Assembly: GCA_964562615.1 (NCBI GenBank) | Contig: CAZLUD010000002.1 | Span: forward strand, 17,907-81,906 | Source: an uncultured Candidatus Saccharibacteria bacterium | Lineage (GTDB): Bacteria > Patescibacteriota > Minisyncoccia > Phycocordibacterales > UBA12088 | Length of the DNA stretch: 64,000 bases | Reading direction: 5' to 3' | Part shown: positions 9,634-17,842 of the stretch, in pieces | Numbering within the stretch: the stretch's first letter is position 1 | Layout: every line of letters starts with the position of its first letter | Program-made: the position numbers and the translations under genes | The notes under the pieces: generated by a model | The model's database searches: none | The model's input: only the letters and a program-made list of their open reading frames with translations | Told to the model about the DNA's origin: nothing

Positions 9634-9837
9634 ATGAATGATTCCGCAAAGCTCGGCATGAATTTGAAAAAAATTCGCGAAGCGAAAAATATGTCTCAAG
9701 GTGACGTTATGCGCGTTATGGGTTGCAGTCGTAGTTATGTTAGCAACATCGAAAATGGAAAGACAAACCCCACCCTTGAGACAATTTCAAAACTAGCGAA
9801 GGTACTCGATGTAAGCACCATTGAGCTATTAAAATAG
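9634..9837 (+). CDS. XRE-family HTH regulator, candidate restriction-modification controller (C protein), probably leaderless
   Basis: HTH motif MSQGDVMRVMGCSRSYVSNIENGK. The ATG lies about 8 nt after the TATAAT at 9621-9626. The track used a TTG at 9616. Confidence 0.7.
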   Translation: MNDSAKLGMNLKKIREAKNMSQGDVMRVMGCSRSYVSNIENGKTNPTLETISKLAKVLDVSTIELLK

Positions 9838-9841
9838 AATT

Positions 9842-10798
9842 ATGACTACGCAACAAACAATCGCAAAACTCGCATATGAGTTAAAAATCAATAAAATCTA
9901 CGCGCGTCATGTTTTTCATAATGCAGACAAAACGAGATTATTTGAAGATGCGGCTCGAATTGTTAATGAGAAGCCAAAACCTTTCGTGAAATGGGTTGGA
10001 GGAAAAAGACAGTTGCTCCGCCAATTTCGTGATATGGGGTTATATCCACCTGATGATTTTGATCCTGTTACCAATACATACTTTGAGCCGTTTGTTGGCG
10101 GTGGAGCTGTCTTTTTCGATCTTCTGCCTCAGAAAGCAGAACTTTCTGATCTCAATACAGAACTTGTGACAACATACAACGTCATTAAAAATGACGTTGA
10201 TGCACTAATTAATTCACTCAAAAAACACAAGTACGAAAAAGAGTACTATCTAGAATTGCGTGCAAAAGATCCCAAAGAACTATCAGATATAAATGTTGCT
10301 TCTCGGTTCATTTTTCTTAATCGCACTTGCTTCAATGGCATGTATAGGGTCAATAGCAAAGGTGAATTCAATGTTCCGTTTGGGAAATATACAAACCCTA
10401 TAATTTGTGACGGAGATAATTTGTTTAAAGTATCGAAATCACTAAAAAAAGTAACTATCAAAAATCAAGACTATAAAAAAGTTTTGGATAAAGCAAAAAA
10501 AGGAGATTTTGTATATTTCGATCCACCTTATTATCCAGTAAGTAAAACTGCTTCCTTCACTTCATATACAGCAGATGCTTTTTTAGAAAAAGAACAGACA
10601 GAGTTGAGAGATACATTCGTAGAATTACATAAACGTGGTTGTTTTGTCATGCTTTCTAACTCCGATACTTCAGTTATCAACGAACTATACTCGAATATTA
10701 AGGATATCAAAGTATCAAAAGTTGCTGCAAGCCGTGCCATAAACTCAAATGCTTCAAAGCGAGGAAAGATAAGTGAAGTTTTAGTAACTAACTATTAA
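9842..10798 (+). CDS. Dam-family (D12 class, alpha) N6-adenine DNA methyltransferase with a 55-aa N-terminal extension
   Basis: Motifs KWVGGKRQLL, FEPFVGGGAVFF (motif I) and FDPPY (motif IV). Confidence 0.85.
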   Translation: MTTQQTIAKLAYELKINKIYARHVFHNADKTRLFEDAARIVNEKPKPFVKWVGGKRQLLRQFRDMGLYPPDDFDPVTNTYFEPFVGGGAVFFDLLPQKAELSDLNTELVTTYNVIKNDVDALINSLKKHKYEKEYYLELRAKDPKELSDINVASRFIFLNRTCFNGMYRVNSKGEFNVPFGKYTNPIICDGDNLFKVSKSLKKVTIKNQDYKKVLDKAKKGDFVYFDPPYYPVSKTASFTSYTADAFLEKEQTELRDTFVELHKRGCFVMLSNSDTSVINELYSNIKDIKVSKVAASRAINSNASKRGKISEVLVTNY

Positions 10799-10801
10799 AT
10801 T

Positions 10802-11329
10802 ATGATTAAGGGTGGCGTTGGAGGAGGAAATACAAAAACAGGATTACACTTTGAAGGTCGAATTAATATTGTCGATCTACTAAATAGCCAGCCTGGCTAC
10901 AAAGTGACGAAAGATGTTGTCTACTTTGAGGGTTCAGAAGTCGCAATCTGCCTTGCAAAACATAAATTGTATAAATGGCTTGAAACTCAAAACATAGACT
11001 ACAAAAAGTACATATCAAAAAAGTTGCTACCCGATGAGGCGTTGTATGTAATTGTAGACAACACTTTGTATGTCATTGAAATGAAGTTTCAGGAGACTCC
11101 TGGGTCAGTTGATGAAAAATTACAAACGTGTGATTTTAAGCGTAAGCAATACTCAAAATTGATGGCTCCACTAAACATTGAAGTTGAGTACATGTATGTA
11201 CTAAGTGAGTGGTTTCGTAAAGATGAATACAAAGACGTACTTGACTATATTATTTCAGTTGGATGTCAGTACTATTTTGAATATATACCATTACAGAAAC
11301 TCGGCTTACCTGTACCGAAAATACAATAA
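10802..11329 (+). CDS. Small PD-(D/E)xK nuclease, candidate type II restriction endonuclease
   Basis: 175 aa with LLPDE...VDNTLYVIEMK, giving PD-x14-ExK. It sits between two MTase genes. Confidence 0.5.
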   Translation: MIKGGVGGGNTKTGLHFEGRINIVDLLNSQPGYKVTKDVVYFEGSEVAICLAKHKLYKWLETQNIDYKKYISKKLLPDEALYVIVDNTLYVIEMKFQETPGSVDEKLQTCDFKRKQYSKLMAPLNIEVEYMYVLSEWFRKDEYKDVLDYIISVGCQYYFEYIPLQKLGLPVPKIQ

Positions 11330-11335
11330 TTATTC

Positions 11336-12088
11336 ATGGCTAAGGAAATGAAACTACACCCTGAAGAATTCGACCTTGAATGCACAACGGTGTGGGCATT
11401 TCCACGGCGTGGTAACTGGGCAACCCACAAATCAGACTGGCGTGGTAACTGGGCACCAGAAGTCGCCCGCAATCTAATCCTTCGATACTCTAACGAGGGT
11501 GACATTCTGCTAGATCCAATGATTGGCGGCGGTACTACTGCGATTGAAGCAAAGATACTCAATAGAAATATCATATGTTCAGACGTAAATGATATTGCAC
11601 TAGAACGAACAATGGAAAGTCTAAAATTTCCAGTTGAAAACAAATCGTGGCAAAAGATTGTTAAGAGGGATGCACGTGACCTCAGCAAGGCTGAAAATGA
11701 AAGTATTGATTTTATTCTCACTCACCCACCGTATGCTGATATTATCAAATATAGTGAGGGAGAAATTGATGAAGATCTTTCAAATATCCACGCGATAGAC
11801 GAGTTTGCGGACGAAATGGAAAAAGTCGCTAGTGAATTGTATAGAGTCCTTAAGCCTGGTAAATTTTGCGCAATTTTGATCGGTGATACTCGACGTCAAA
11901 AAATGTATCAACCTCTCGCATATCGAGTTATGGATCGCTTTTTGAATGTAGGTTTCGATCTCAAAGAAGACATCATAAAAAGACAATACAACTGTAAGGC
12001 AACGGGTTTTTGGGTAAATAAATCAAAAGAAAATAATTTCTTACTAATAATGCACGAACATTTGTTTGTATTTCAAAAAGCAAATTAA
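11336..12088 (+). CDS. Amino (N6A/N4C) DNA methyltransferase with motif order X-I then IV
   Basis: TVWAFPRRGNWATH...GDILLDPMIGGGTTAIEA (motif X/I) followed by ILTHPPYADI (motif IV). Confidence 0.75.
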   Translation: MAKEMKLHPEEFDLECTTVWAFPRRGNWATHKSDWRGNWAPEVARNLILRYSNEGDILLDPMIGGGTTAIEAKILNRNIICSDVNDIALERTMESLKFPVENKSWQKIVKRDARDLSKAENESIDFILTHPPYADIIKYSEGEIDEDLSNIHAIDEFADEMEKVASELYRVLKPGKFCAILIGDTRRQKMYQPLAYRVMDRFLNVGFDLKEDIIKRQYNCKATGFWVNKSKENNFLLIMHEHLFVFQKAN

Positions 12089-13874
12089 CGATATGTCTTA
12101 CAAAATTTTAAAAATTTCCATAAACAACTATCGGTCTATCAAAAGAATCACATTGACCACACCCGAATTCGGAAATCCTACAATTATATGTGGCGCAAAC
12201 AACGTAGGAAAAACAAATTTTTTACGAGCAATAGATTTATTTTTTAATGAAGTAAATTTCAAAGCATCAAACGACATTCCCTATGAAATAGTCGAAGCAA
12301 CGCGAGGAGCTGGCTATAAGACCACCATAAGTATTGATTTCATCGATACTGCTACAAAGGAAAAGGTTGTTATAAAGAAAGTATTCCGAGAACAATCTGG
12401 GGAAAATGTAGTTGAGAGAACTGGATATAAAAAGCCGTATCGAAGTAACCGTAATAATATTTATGATACTGAGATTAGAAAATTTCTTGATAATTTCCGT
12501 TTTCTTTTCGTCGAAGCTAGTAATGTAGACATCCCTGCACTTGTTGCACAAATCACAAAAAATAATGTACTTTCTGGACTCGACAAATTACGCAAGAAAC
12601 AAACTAAACCGTTGGATATTTTGAAAAAATTTATTTCGGAATCCGAAAAATCACTACAAAATATCGAGACGAATATCACAAAAAATTTTCAAGACTTTGC
12701 ACATGGGATTGGCACTTACACTGAAGGCTTAGATGCAAAAGACTGGCAGATTAAATTCATTTTTCCTGAGTATGAATTCTTAAGAGAAGCTGTTGGTAAT
12801 ATGGTTAACTTAGTGATGCAGGACAGCAACCAAAAAGAGCTCGAAGCTAAAGGTAGTGGTATTCAAAGAATACTCTTACTCTCTCTAATAAAGTATATCT
12901 CTGAGAACACAAAGAAAACTGTAATTTGGGGTATTGATGAACCAGAGGCTTTTCTTCAGCCAGGACTTCAGAAAAAAGTTTTTGCCATAATAAAGGAGAT
13001 GTCACGAAACCTTGAGATATTCATAACGACACACTCACATCACTTTGTGGATATTGGGTACCTAGAGCCAGTGCATCTATTTAATGCTAAATATACTCAA
13101 CAAGCATACTCAAGAAAGAAGAACAAAGAATATCTGAAGATAAGCACTGAAGTAGATAAGGTTACAGGATACAACAAGGTACAAAAAATAAGAGAACATC
13201 TCGGAGTAGCAACAAACGACAGTTGGGAGATTCTGCCCTACAACTTAATTGTTGAAGGCAACGAGGACAAATTATATTTGCTTAAGCTTTTAGAAATTAA
13301 CGGACTCGATCAGCCGAAAATACTTACAGCTGACGGAGCGGATAAAGTTCCCGGATATCTAGTCTTTGTTAATATGTTTTGCCAAGAACAAAAAATAAAA
13401 CCGAAAATACGAACAATATTAGATCATGACGCAAAAGGAAAACAGGTCTCAAGCAGCCTTAAATCAAAGAACTATTCATTTGATCATAAGTTAGAATTTA
13501 TTGAAAGATTCGATGGTAAAAGTAACGCAACTTGGGAATATGACGTTGAAGATTTAATTTATCCTGAAATATTAATTAAATCCGTTAATAAAATACTACA
13601 AAAAAGAAATTATTCGATACTAAAAGTAAAAGAGACCGTCACAAAGAAGAATCAGCCGAGTTATCAGAAAGATTCAATTCTTTCATTCATTACAGCGCAG
13701 GTTAAAGAAGTTAACCAGGATAAAGAAGAGCTTGACTTTGAAAGTCCGTCACTCAAAATATTTCTTTGTACAACCACCTGTTCTCTACTTTCACAGACTA
13801 AGGACATAGCTAACTTGAACAAAAAATATCCTGAAATCCTGAAATATTTAAAACAGATATCTGTAGAATTTTGA
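12066..13874 (+). CDS. OLD-family ATP-dependent nuclease (ABC ATPase fused to TOPRIM); alternative start at 12093
   Basis: Walker A ICGANNVGKTN, signature GSGIQR, Walker B IDEPEAFL, H-loop TTHSHH. The C-terminal TOPRIM is LIVEGNEDK...ADGADK. Confidence 0.8.
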   Translation: MYFKKQINDMSYKILKISINNYRSIKRITLTTPEFGNPTIICGANNVGKTNFLRAIDLFFNEVNFKASNDIPYEIVEATRGAGYKTTISIDFIDTATKEKVVIKKVFREQSGENVVERTGYKKPYRSNRNNIYDTEIRKFLDNFRFLFVEASNVDIPALVAQITKNNVLSGLDKLRKKQTKPLDILKKFISESEKSLQNIETNITKNFQDFAHGIGTYTEGLDAKDWQIKFIFPEYEFLREAVGNMVNLVMQDSNQKELEAKGSGIQRILLLSLIKYISENTKKTVIWGIDEPEAFLQPGLQKKVFAIIKEMSRNLEIFITTHSHHFVDIGYLEPVHLFNAKYTQQAYSRKKNKEYLKISTEVDKVTGYNKVQKIREHLGVATNDSWEILPYNLIVEGNEDKLYLLKLLEINGLDQPKILTADGADKVPGYLVFVNMFCQEQKIKPKIRTILDHDAKGKQVSSSLKSKNYSFDHKLEFIERFDGKSNATWEYDVEDLIYPEILIKSVNKILQKRNYSILKVKETVTKKNQPSYQKDSILSFITAQVKEVNQDKEELDFESPSLKIFLCTTTCSLLSQTKDIANLNKKYPEILKYLKQISVEF

Positions 13875-14081
13875 CAAGCACACACGCAGCAACACCGAGC
13901 AGGCGGCGCGAGCGAATGCGAGCGTGCCTATGCGAGGTGCTTGCGTAGTGTGAGCGGACGCTAGCTTTACCACGCGCGCTGTATACGGGAAGCGCGCCTC
14001 GCTCGACGCGAGGACGGAAAAAAGCGTAGTGGTAGGCTCTCAAGTAGATGGAGACTATAATGGAGCTTTTTGGAGGACGAA

Positions 14082-14326
14082 GCGGCGACCCCAAACCAAA
14101 GAAATATCCTTTCAATTTTTTGTCGGCTCCTCCCCAGACCCCTCCACCGAAAAATCAAAAAGTAAGGATATTTCATTGGTTGGGGGCGAGCGATTAGCGA
14201 GTGGCGAGGCGCGCCACACCCCAATGCGTACGCAGAAGTACAAAGCCACCACGCGCTCGACGCGTTGTAGTTATGGTCTTTTCTCGAAATGGGTTCGAGC
14301 AAAGGCTAGTATTTCATCACAAATCG
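14082..14326. repeat. Right arm (about 245 bp) of the terminal inverted repeat
   Basis: It is the reverse complement of 9295-9539. It ends in the TCACAAATCG core, which abuts repeat unit A. Confidence 0.9.
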
Positions 14327-14456
14327 GCCGACCGAATACGCGAATGCGTTTCGGTCGTTGCCGTTTGTAGGCACTACGGGGAATCGAACGACGGAGGCGG
14401 TATACAAGAACCGAAGCGAAGCGTAGGTTGCTTGTCGCCGAGTCGCGACCTAATTT
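14325..14456. repeat. 132-bp direct repeat unit A (copy 2)
   Basis: Identical to 9094-9225. It is followed by a 52-bp insertion flanked by GCGACC, then the shared 58-bp segment. Confidence 0.9.
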
Positions 14457-14563
14457 TTACGACCAAAGGGAGATAAAAATGGAAGTACTCTTTGTGGTGC
14501 GACCAGCGTGCTTAGCCAGAATGGCTTAGCAAAAGCGGGTCGATTCCCCGTAGGGTCACACGA

Positions 14564-14598
14564 AATCCTGGTACTAATTTTTTATTAGTACCAGGATT
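14564..14598. repeat. Perfect 15-bp palindrome with a T5 loop at the island/chromosome junction
   Basis: aatcctggtactaat-ttttt-attagtaccaggatt, immediately after the last tRNA 3' copy. Confidence 0.8.
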
Positions 14599-14691
14599 GC
14601 GCTTGTGATGCCTGGGAGGCAGAATCGAAAGCCGCAGCAAAGCGAGGCAGGGCAGGAGCCACTTAGGTTTCTGGGAGATATTGCTATTTAT

Positions 14692-14844
14692 CTATTTGAG
14701 TGGATTTTCACCGCGGATTACACGAATAAGTACTACAATAATAGCAATAACTAATAACACGTGAACGAATCCACCAACGGTATATGAGGTAACCATACCA
14801 AGAAGCCAAAGCACAACAAGAACAGCGGCGATAGTAGTAAGCAT
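14692..14844 (-). CDS. Small membrane protein, lmo0937-like family (50 aa). Absent from the ORF track because it is under 60 aa
   Basis: MLTTIAAVLVVLWLLGMVTSYTVGGFVHVLLVIAIIVVLIRVIRGENPLK matches the conserved LWLLG...GGxxHxLLVIAxIVxLIR pattern. Confidence 0.55.
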   Translation of the reverse strand: MLTTIAAVLVVLWLLGMVTSYTVGGFVHVLLVIAIIVVLIRVIRGENPLK

Positions 14845-15070
14845 AGGAGTGAGTTTTAAAAAGAATCAAATAATATTCGACTCATCGCTCACTGTGAGGC
14901 GATATAGTTATATTGTCTCACCTCACACAAAGAGCACAAGGGTGTGTCATAAGAACTCTCTGAGAACTACTAATCATCAATTTTAGAAATAAGAGCCGTG
15001 ATTTCTTTCAAGCAGACAATAAATCACAACTAATGCCACAATAACCACGTTAATTTGTGGTGATATACTC

Positions 15071-15946
15071 ATGCATATGCCTAGAAAAATGCTGAGGAGT
15101 ATGGTGAAAAAGAAGGGGGTGAAAAGAGAAATGGCAAAGGCAGATGTAAAGGATGGCGTAAAGGTGAGTGGGAATGTGGATGTGGTAAGAAAAAAGAAGG
15201 GAGCATTTATGAATGAGAAAACGGGGAAGGTGTCAATCACTGAAGCGTTTGGTGGGTCACTTGCAGCATTGCTAGCGGATAAAATAGTGGCGGTGTATCC
15301 AGAATTTCAAAAAAAGAAATTTTGTGCACAGGTGGTAAAGGAGGTGGTGGGGAAGTCATATACCGAGCGGGTGGGTATCATTGCTGATGCACTCCATACA
15401 CACCTCCCTGAAGCATACCCAGATGCCCTCGGTATCTTGATGCAGATACTTGGACCAGAAAATAAAGAAGAGACCGGCATGTTTACCCACTATTATTGGC
15501 TTATGCCCGTGGGTAAATTTGTAGAGAAGTACGGGATAGACAATTTCTCTTTGTCTATAAAAGCAATAGAAGAGATAACAAAAAGAAATACTGGCGAGTA
15601 TGCCATTCGACCGTTTGCAAGAACGTACCCTGCAAAAACACTTGCCGTGTGTACGCGGTGGGCAAAGAGCAACAACTTTCACTTGCGCCGCCTTGCGTCA
15701 GAAGGGCTTCGCCCAAAGTTGCCATGGGCAACAAAACTTGAGGTGTGGAATGATGCCCCGGCGCCGGCTATGGCGATTCTTGATCTTTTGAAAGAGGATG
15801 AGGTGCGCTTTGTGAAAAAGTCGGTTGCCAATCATTTGCGCGATTGGATAAAGGTACATCCACAAGAAGCAAAAAAGATTATTGCTAGATGGTCTGTATC
15901 AAAGAATCCCGATACTATATGGATACTAAAGCATGCGCAGCGATAA
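15071..15946 (+). CDS. DNA alkylation repair protein (AlkD-like HEAT repeat); possible start at 15208
   Basis: RRLASEGLRPKLPWA motif and HEAT-like repeats. Confidence 0.7.
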   Translation: MHMPRKMLRSMVKKKGVKREMAKADVKDGVKVSGNVDVVRKKKGAFMNEKTGKVSITEAFGGSLAALLADKIVAVYPEFQKKKFCAQVVKEVVGKSYTERVGIIADALHTHLPEAYPDALGILMQILGPENKEETGMFTHYYWLMPVGKFVEKYGIDNFSLSIKAIEEITKRNTGEYAIRPFARTYPAKTLAVCTRWAKSNNFHLRRLASEGLRPKLPWATKLEVWNDAPAPAMAILDLLKEDEVRFVKKSVANHLRDWIKVHPQEAKKIIARWSVSKNPDTIWILKHAQR

Positions 15947-15949
15947 TAT

Positions 15950-16384
15950 ATGCATACGATAGAAATAAAAACAGTAGATACCGTACCAGAGCTGCGCGCA
16001 TTGATGGCGGTGTGTGAAAAGGTATTTGACTCACCGTATGTGGCTGATGATACGTATCTTGAAGAGATGCTTAATCAATCACATGGAGTATACCTTGGTG
16101 CGTATGATGATAAGCGTCTTGTAGGCGGTGTGGTGGCATTTGCACTTGTACCACTTCACGGTACAAAAGAATTGTACTTGTATGATATTGCAGTACATCC
16201 CGAGTACCAACTGAAGGGCATAGGCGCTATGCTAATTGCCGCCACAAAAGAAGAAGCAATAAAAAGAGACATACGAGTGGTGTTTGTAGAGGCAGAAGCA
16301 GATGATGATGGGGCGGTGGCGTTTTATAGAGCAATAGGAGCAACAGAGTTGTCGGTTACTCATTTTACTATCACCACACTATGA
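15950..16384 (+). CDS. GNAT family N-acetyltransferase
   Basis: VHPEYQLKGIGAMLI (Q/RxxGxG/A acetyl-CoA motif). Confidence 0.75.
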   Translation: MHTIEIKTVDTVPELRALMAVCEKVFDSPYVADDTYLEEMLNQSHGVYLGAYDDKRLVGGVVAFALVPLHGTKELYLYDIAVHPEYQLKGIGAMLIAATKEEAIKRDIRVVFVEAEADDDGAVAFYRAIGATELSVTHFTITTL

Positions 16385-16764
16385 TTACGTACGGATACAC
16401 TATTTTATACGTTGAAGATGTTGAAAAGACCATTGCATTTTATGATAAAGCATTTGGCCTTACACAAAAATTTATCACTCCAGAAAAAGATTATGGTGAG
16501 CTTGCAACCGGGCAGACTACACTTGCCTTTGCTTCGTTCAAACTAGCTGAGCATAATGGGATATCCATTTCAATGAATGCTACTACATCATTTGAAATAG
16601 CCTTGGTGACTGATGCTATCGCTAGCACTTGGGAGCGTGCGCTTTTAGCTGGAGCTATTAGTGAAGCTGAGCCAAAGAAAAAGCCTTGGGGGCAGGAGGT
16701 GGGCTATCTACGGGATATCAACGGCTATCTCATAGAAGTATGTACCCCAGTGGTTACAGGCTAA
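16381..16764 (+). CDS. VOC/glyoxalase-bleomycin resistance family protein
   Basis: 127 aa with VOC-type paired beta-alpha-beta-beta-beta signature (ILYVEDVEKTIAFY...GYLIEV). Confidence 0.65.
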   Translation: MITYGYTILYVEDVEKTIAFYDKAFGLTQKFITPEKDYGELATGQTTLAFASFKLAEHNGISISMNATTSFEIALVTDAIASTWERALLAGAISEAEPKKKPWGQEVGYLRDINGYLIEVCTPVVTG

Positions 16765-16792
16765 GTAATACGGTGATACCATATATATACCT

Positions 16793-17227
16793 ATGACCTA
16801 CACCAACAAAACACAACCAACTACCATTACCCCAGAGGCATATCTAAAGGCGCTGGCGCCAAAGAACAAGCAAGTGCTAGAGGATGCGCGAGCGCTTATT
16901 GCGGTATACACAAAGGCGACTGGTTCGCCGTGTGTGATGTGGAATAAAATTTTTGGCTTTGGTTCGTATGAGTATGCAGACAGCAAGGGTGGAATGCATA
17001 CCCATTTAATGACAGGCTTTGCTATATCCTCAACTGGTTTTACCCTCTACACCATGGTGGGGTGGAAAGAATACGAGCAAGAGATAAAAAAGCTCGGAGT
17101 GTATAAACTCTCTGGCAAGTCATGCCTTGCGATAAAAAATGTTGCGGCAATTGATCTTGCGGTGCTCGGTACAATCATCAAGAAGTCTATTGCTGTAATG
17201 AAGAAGAAGTACAAGACGCATAAGTAA
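16793..17227 (+). CDS. DUF1801/YdhG-like protein
   Basis: 144 aa with a YdhG-like architecture. Confidence 0.5.
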   Translation: MTYTNKTQPTTITPEAYLKALAPKNKQVLEDARALIAVYTKATGSPCVMWNKIFGFGSYEYADSKGGMHTHLMTGFAISSTGFTLYTMVGWKEYEQEIKKLGVYKLSGKSCLAIKNVAAIDLAVLGTIIKKSIAVMKKKYKTHK

Positions 17228-17233
17228 TTGGTA

Positions 17234-17260
17234 TAAAAAAATGTGCCCTTGCGGGCACAT
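17234..17260 (-). terminator. Rho-independent terminator for the minus-strand gene
   Basis: ATGTGCCC-TTGC-GGGCACAT hairpin with a T7 run on the minus strand. Confidence 0.7.
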
Positions 17261-17290
17261 AAAGAAGACGAGAGGCATCAAGCAGAGAAT

Positions 17291-17770
17291 CTATCTCATA
17301 GGATTCTCATACAAAGGATCTTTTGGACCAAAATAACCTCTCAGTAACCTAGAAGTAAGGTTACTTTTGAATGCACCCACCGGTACACTACCTTTGCGTG
17401 GGATTATCTTGATAACATCGCCCACCTCGAAGTGGGAGGCGTCAAAGAATGGCCAAAATTCATACTCAACATCTCTACCAGTCAATGATTTTGTTAACTC
17501 AAAGTATGTATCGCATCCCTGCGGAGGCACTACGGTTTTCCCACTTGAGAAAACAGTGGAGCCTCTCATAATTATTACCTTTTCCCCATCAGTATCTTGT
17601 GGCGCCTGAAGCCGCTCACATGTAGTTTCGTACGTAATTCCACGGTGATCTGTTTCAAGAATTAGAAACCTCTGCCACCTTGGTGTTGAAATTACAGTAA
17701 CGGAAACCGTGAACTGGTTAAACTGCGACATGTAAGCAGACTCCATTGTTTTGCTTGTGCGAGTATGCAT
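17291..17770 (-). CDS. Hypothetical protein
   Basis: 159-aa ORF convergent with the upstream operon. No motif recognised. Confidence 0.4.
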   Translation of the reverse strand: MHTRTSKTMESAYMSQFNQFTVSVTVISTPRWQRFLILETDHRGITYETTCERLQAPQDTDGEKVIIMRGSTVFSSGKTVVPPQGCDTYFELTKSLTGRDVEYEFWPFFDASHFEVGDVIKIIPRKGSVPVGAFKSNLTSRLLRGYFGPKDPLYENPMR

Positions 17771-17842
17771 ATAAAAGCGTTGTGTGTCAATGCTGTGGCT
17801 ATACGCATGCGAGTGTGTTGGATATGGTAGTATGAATGCACT

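Larger units (their letters stand above)
9092..14560. mobile_element. tRNA-Glu-associated integrative/defence island. No recombinase gene; the cargo is AT-rich
   Basis: The tRNA 3' end (tcgattccccgtagggtcaca) recurs at 9246-9278 and 14527-14550. The 10-bp core TCACAAATCG is directly repeated at 9089-9098, 9274-9283 and 14317-14326. The cargo genes are markedly AT-richer than the flanking DNA. Confidence 0.65.

Noticed and set aside
14983-15240. 85-aa minus-strand ORF in the AT-rich region upstream of the alkylation repair gene
   Set aside because: Low-complexity (F/T/S-rich), antisense to the start of the + strand gene. Likely spurious.
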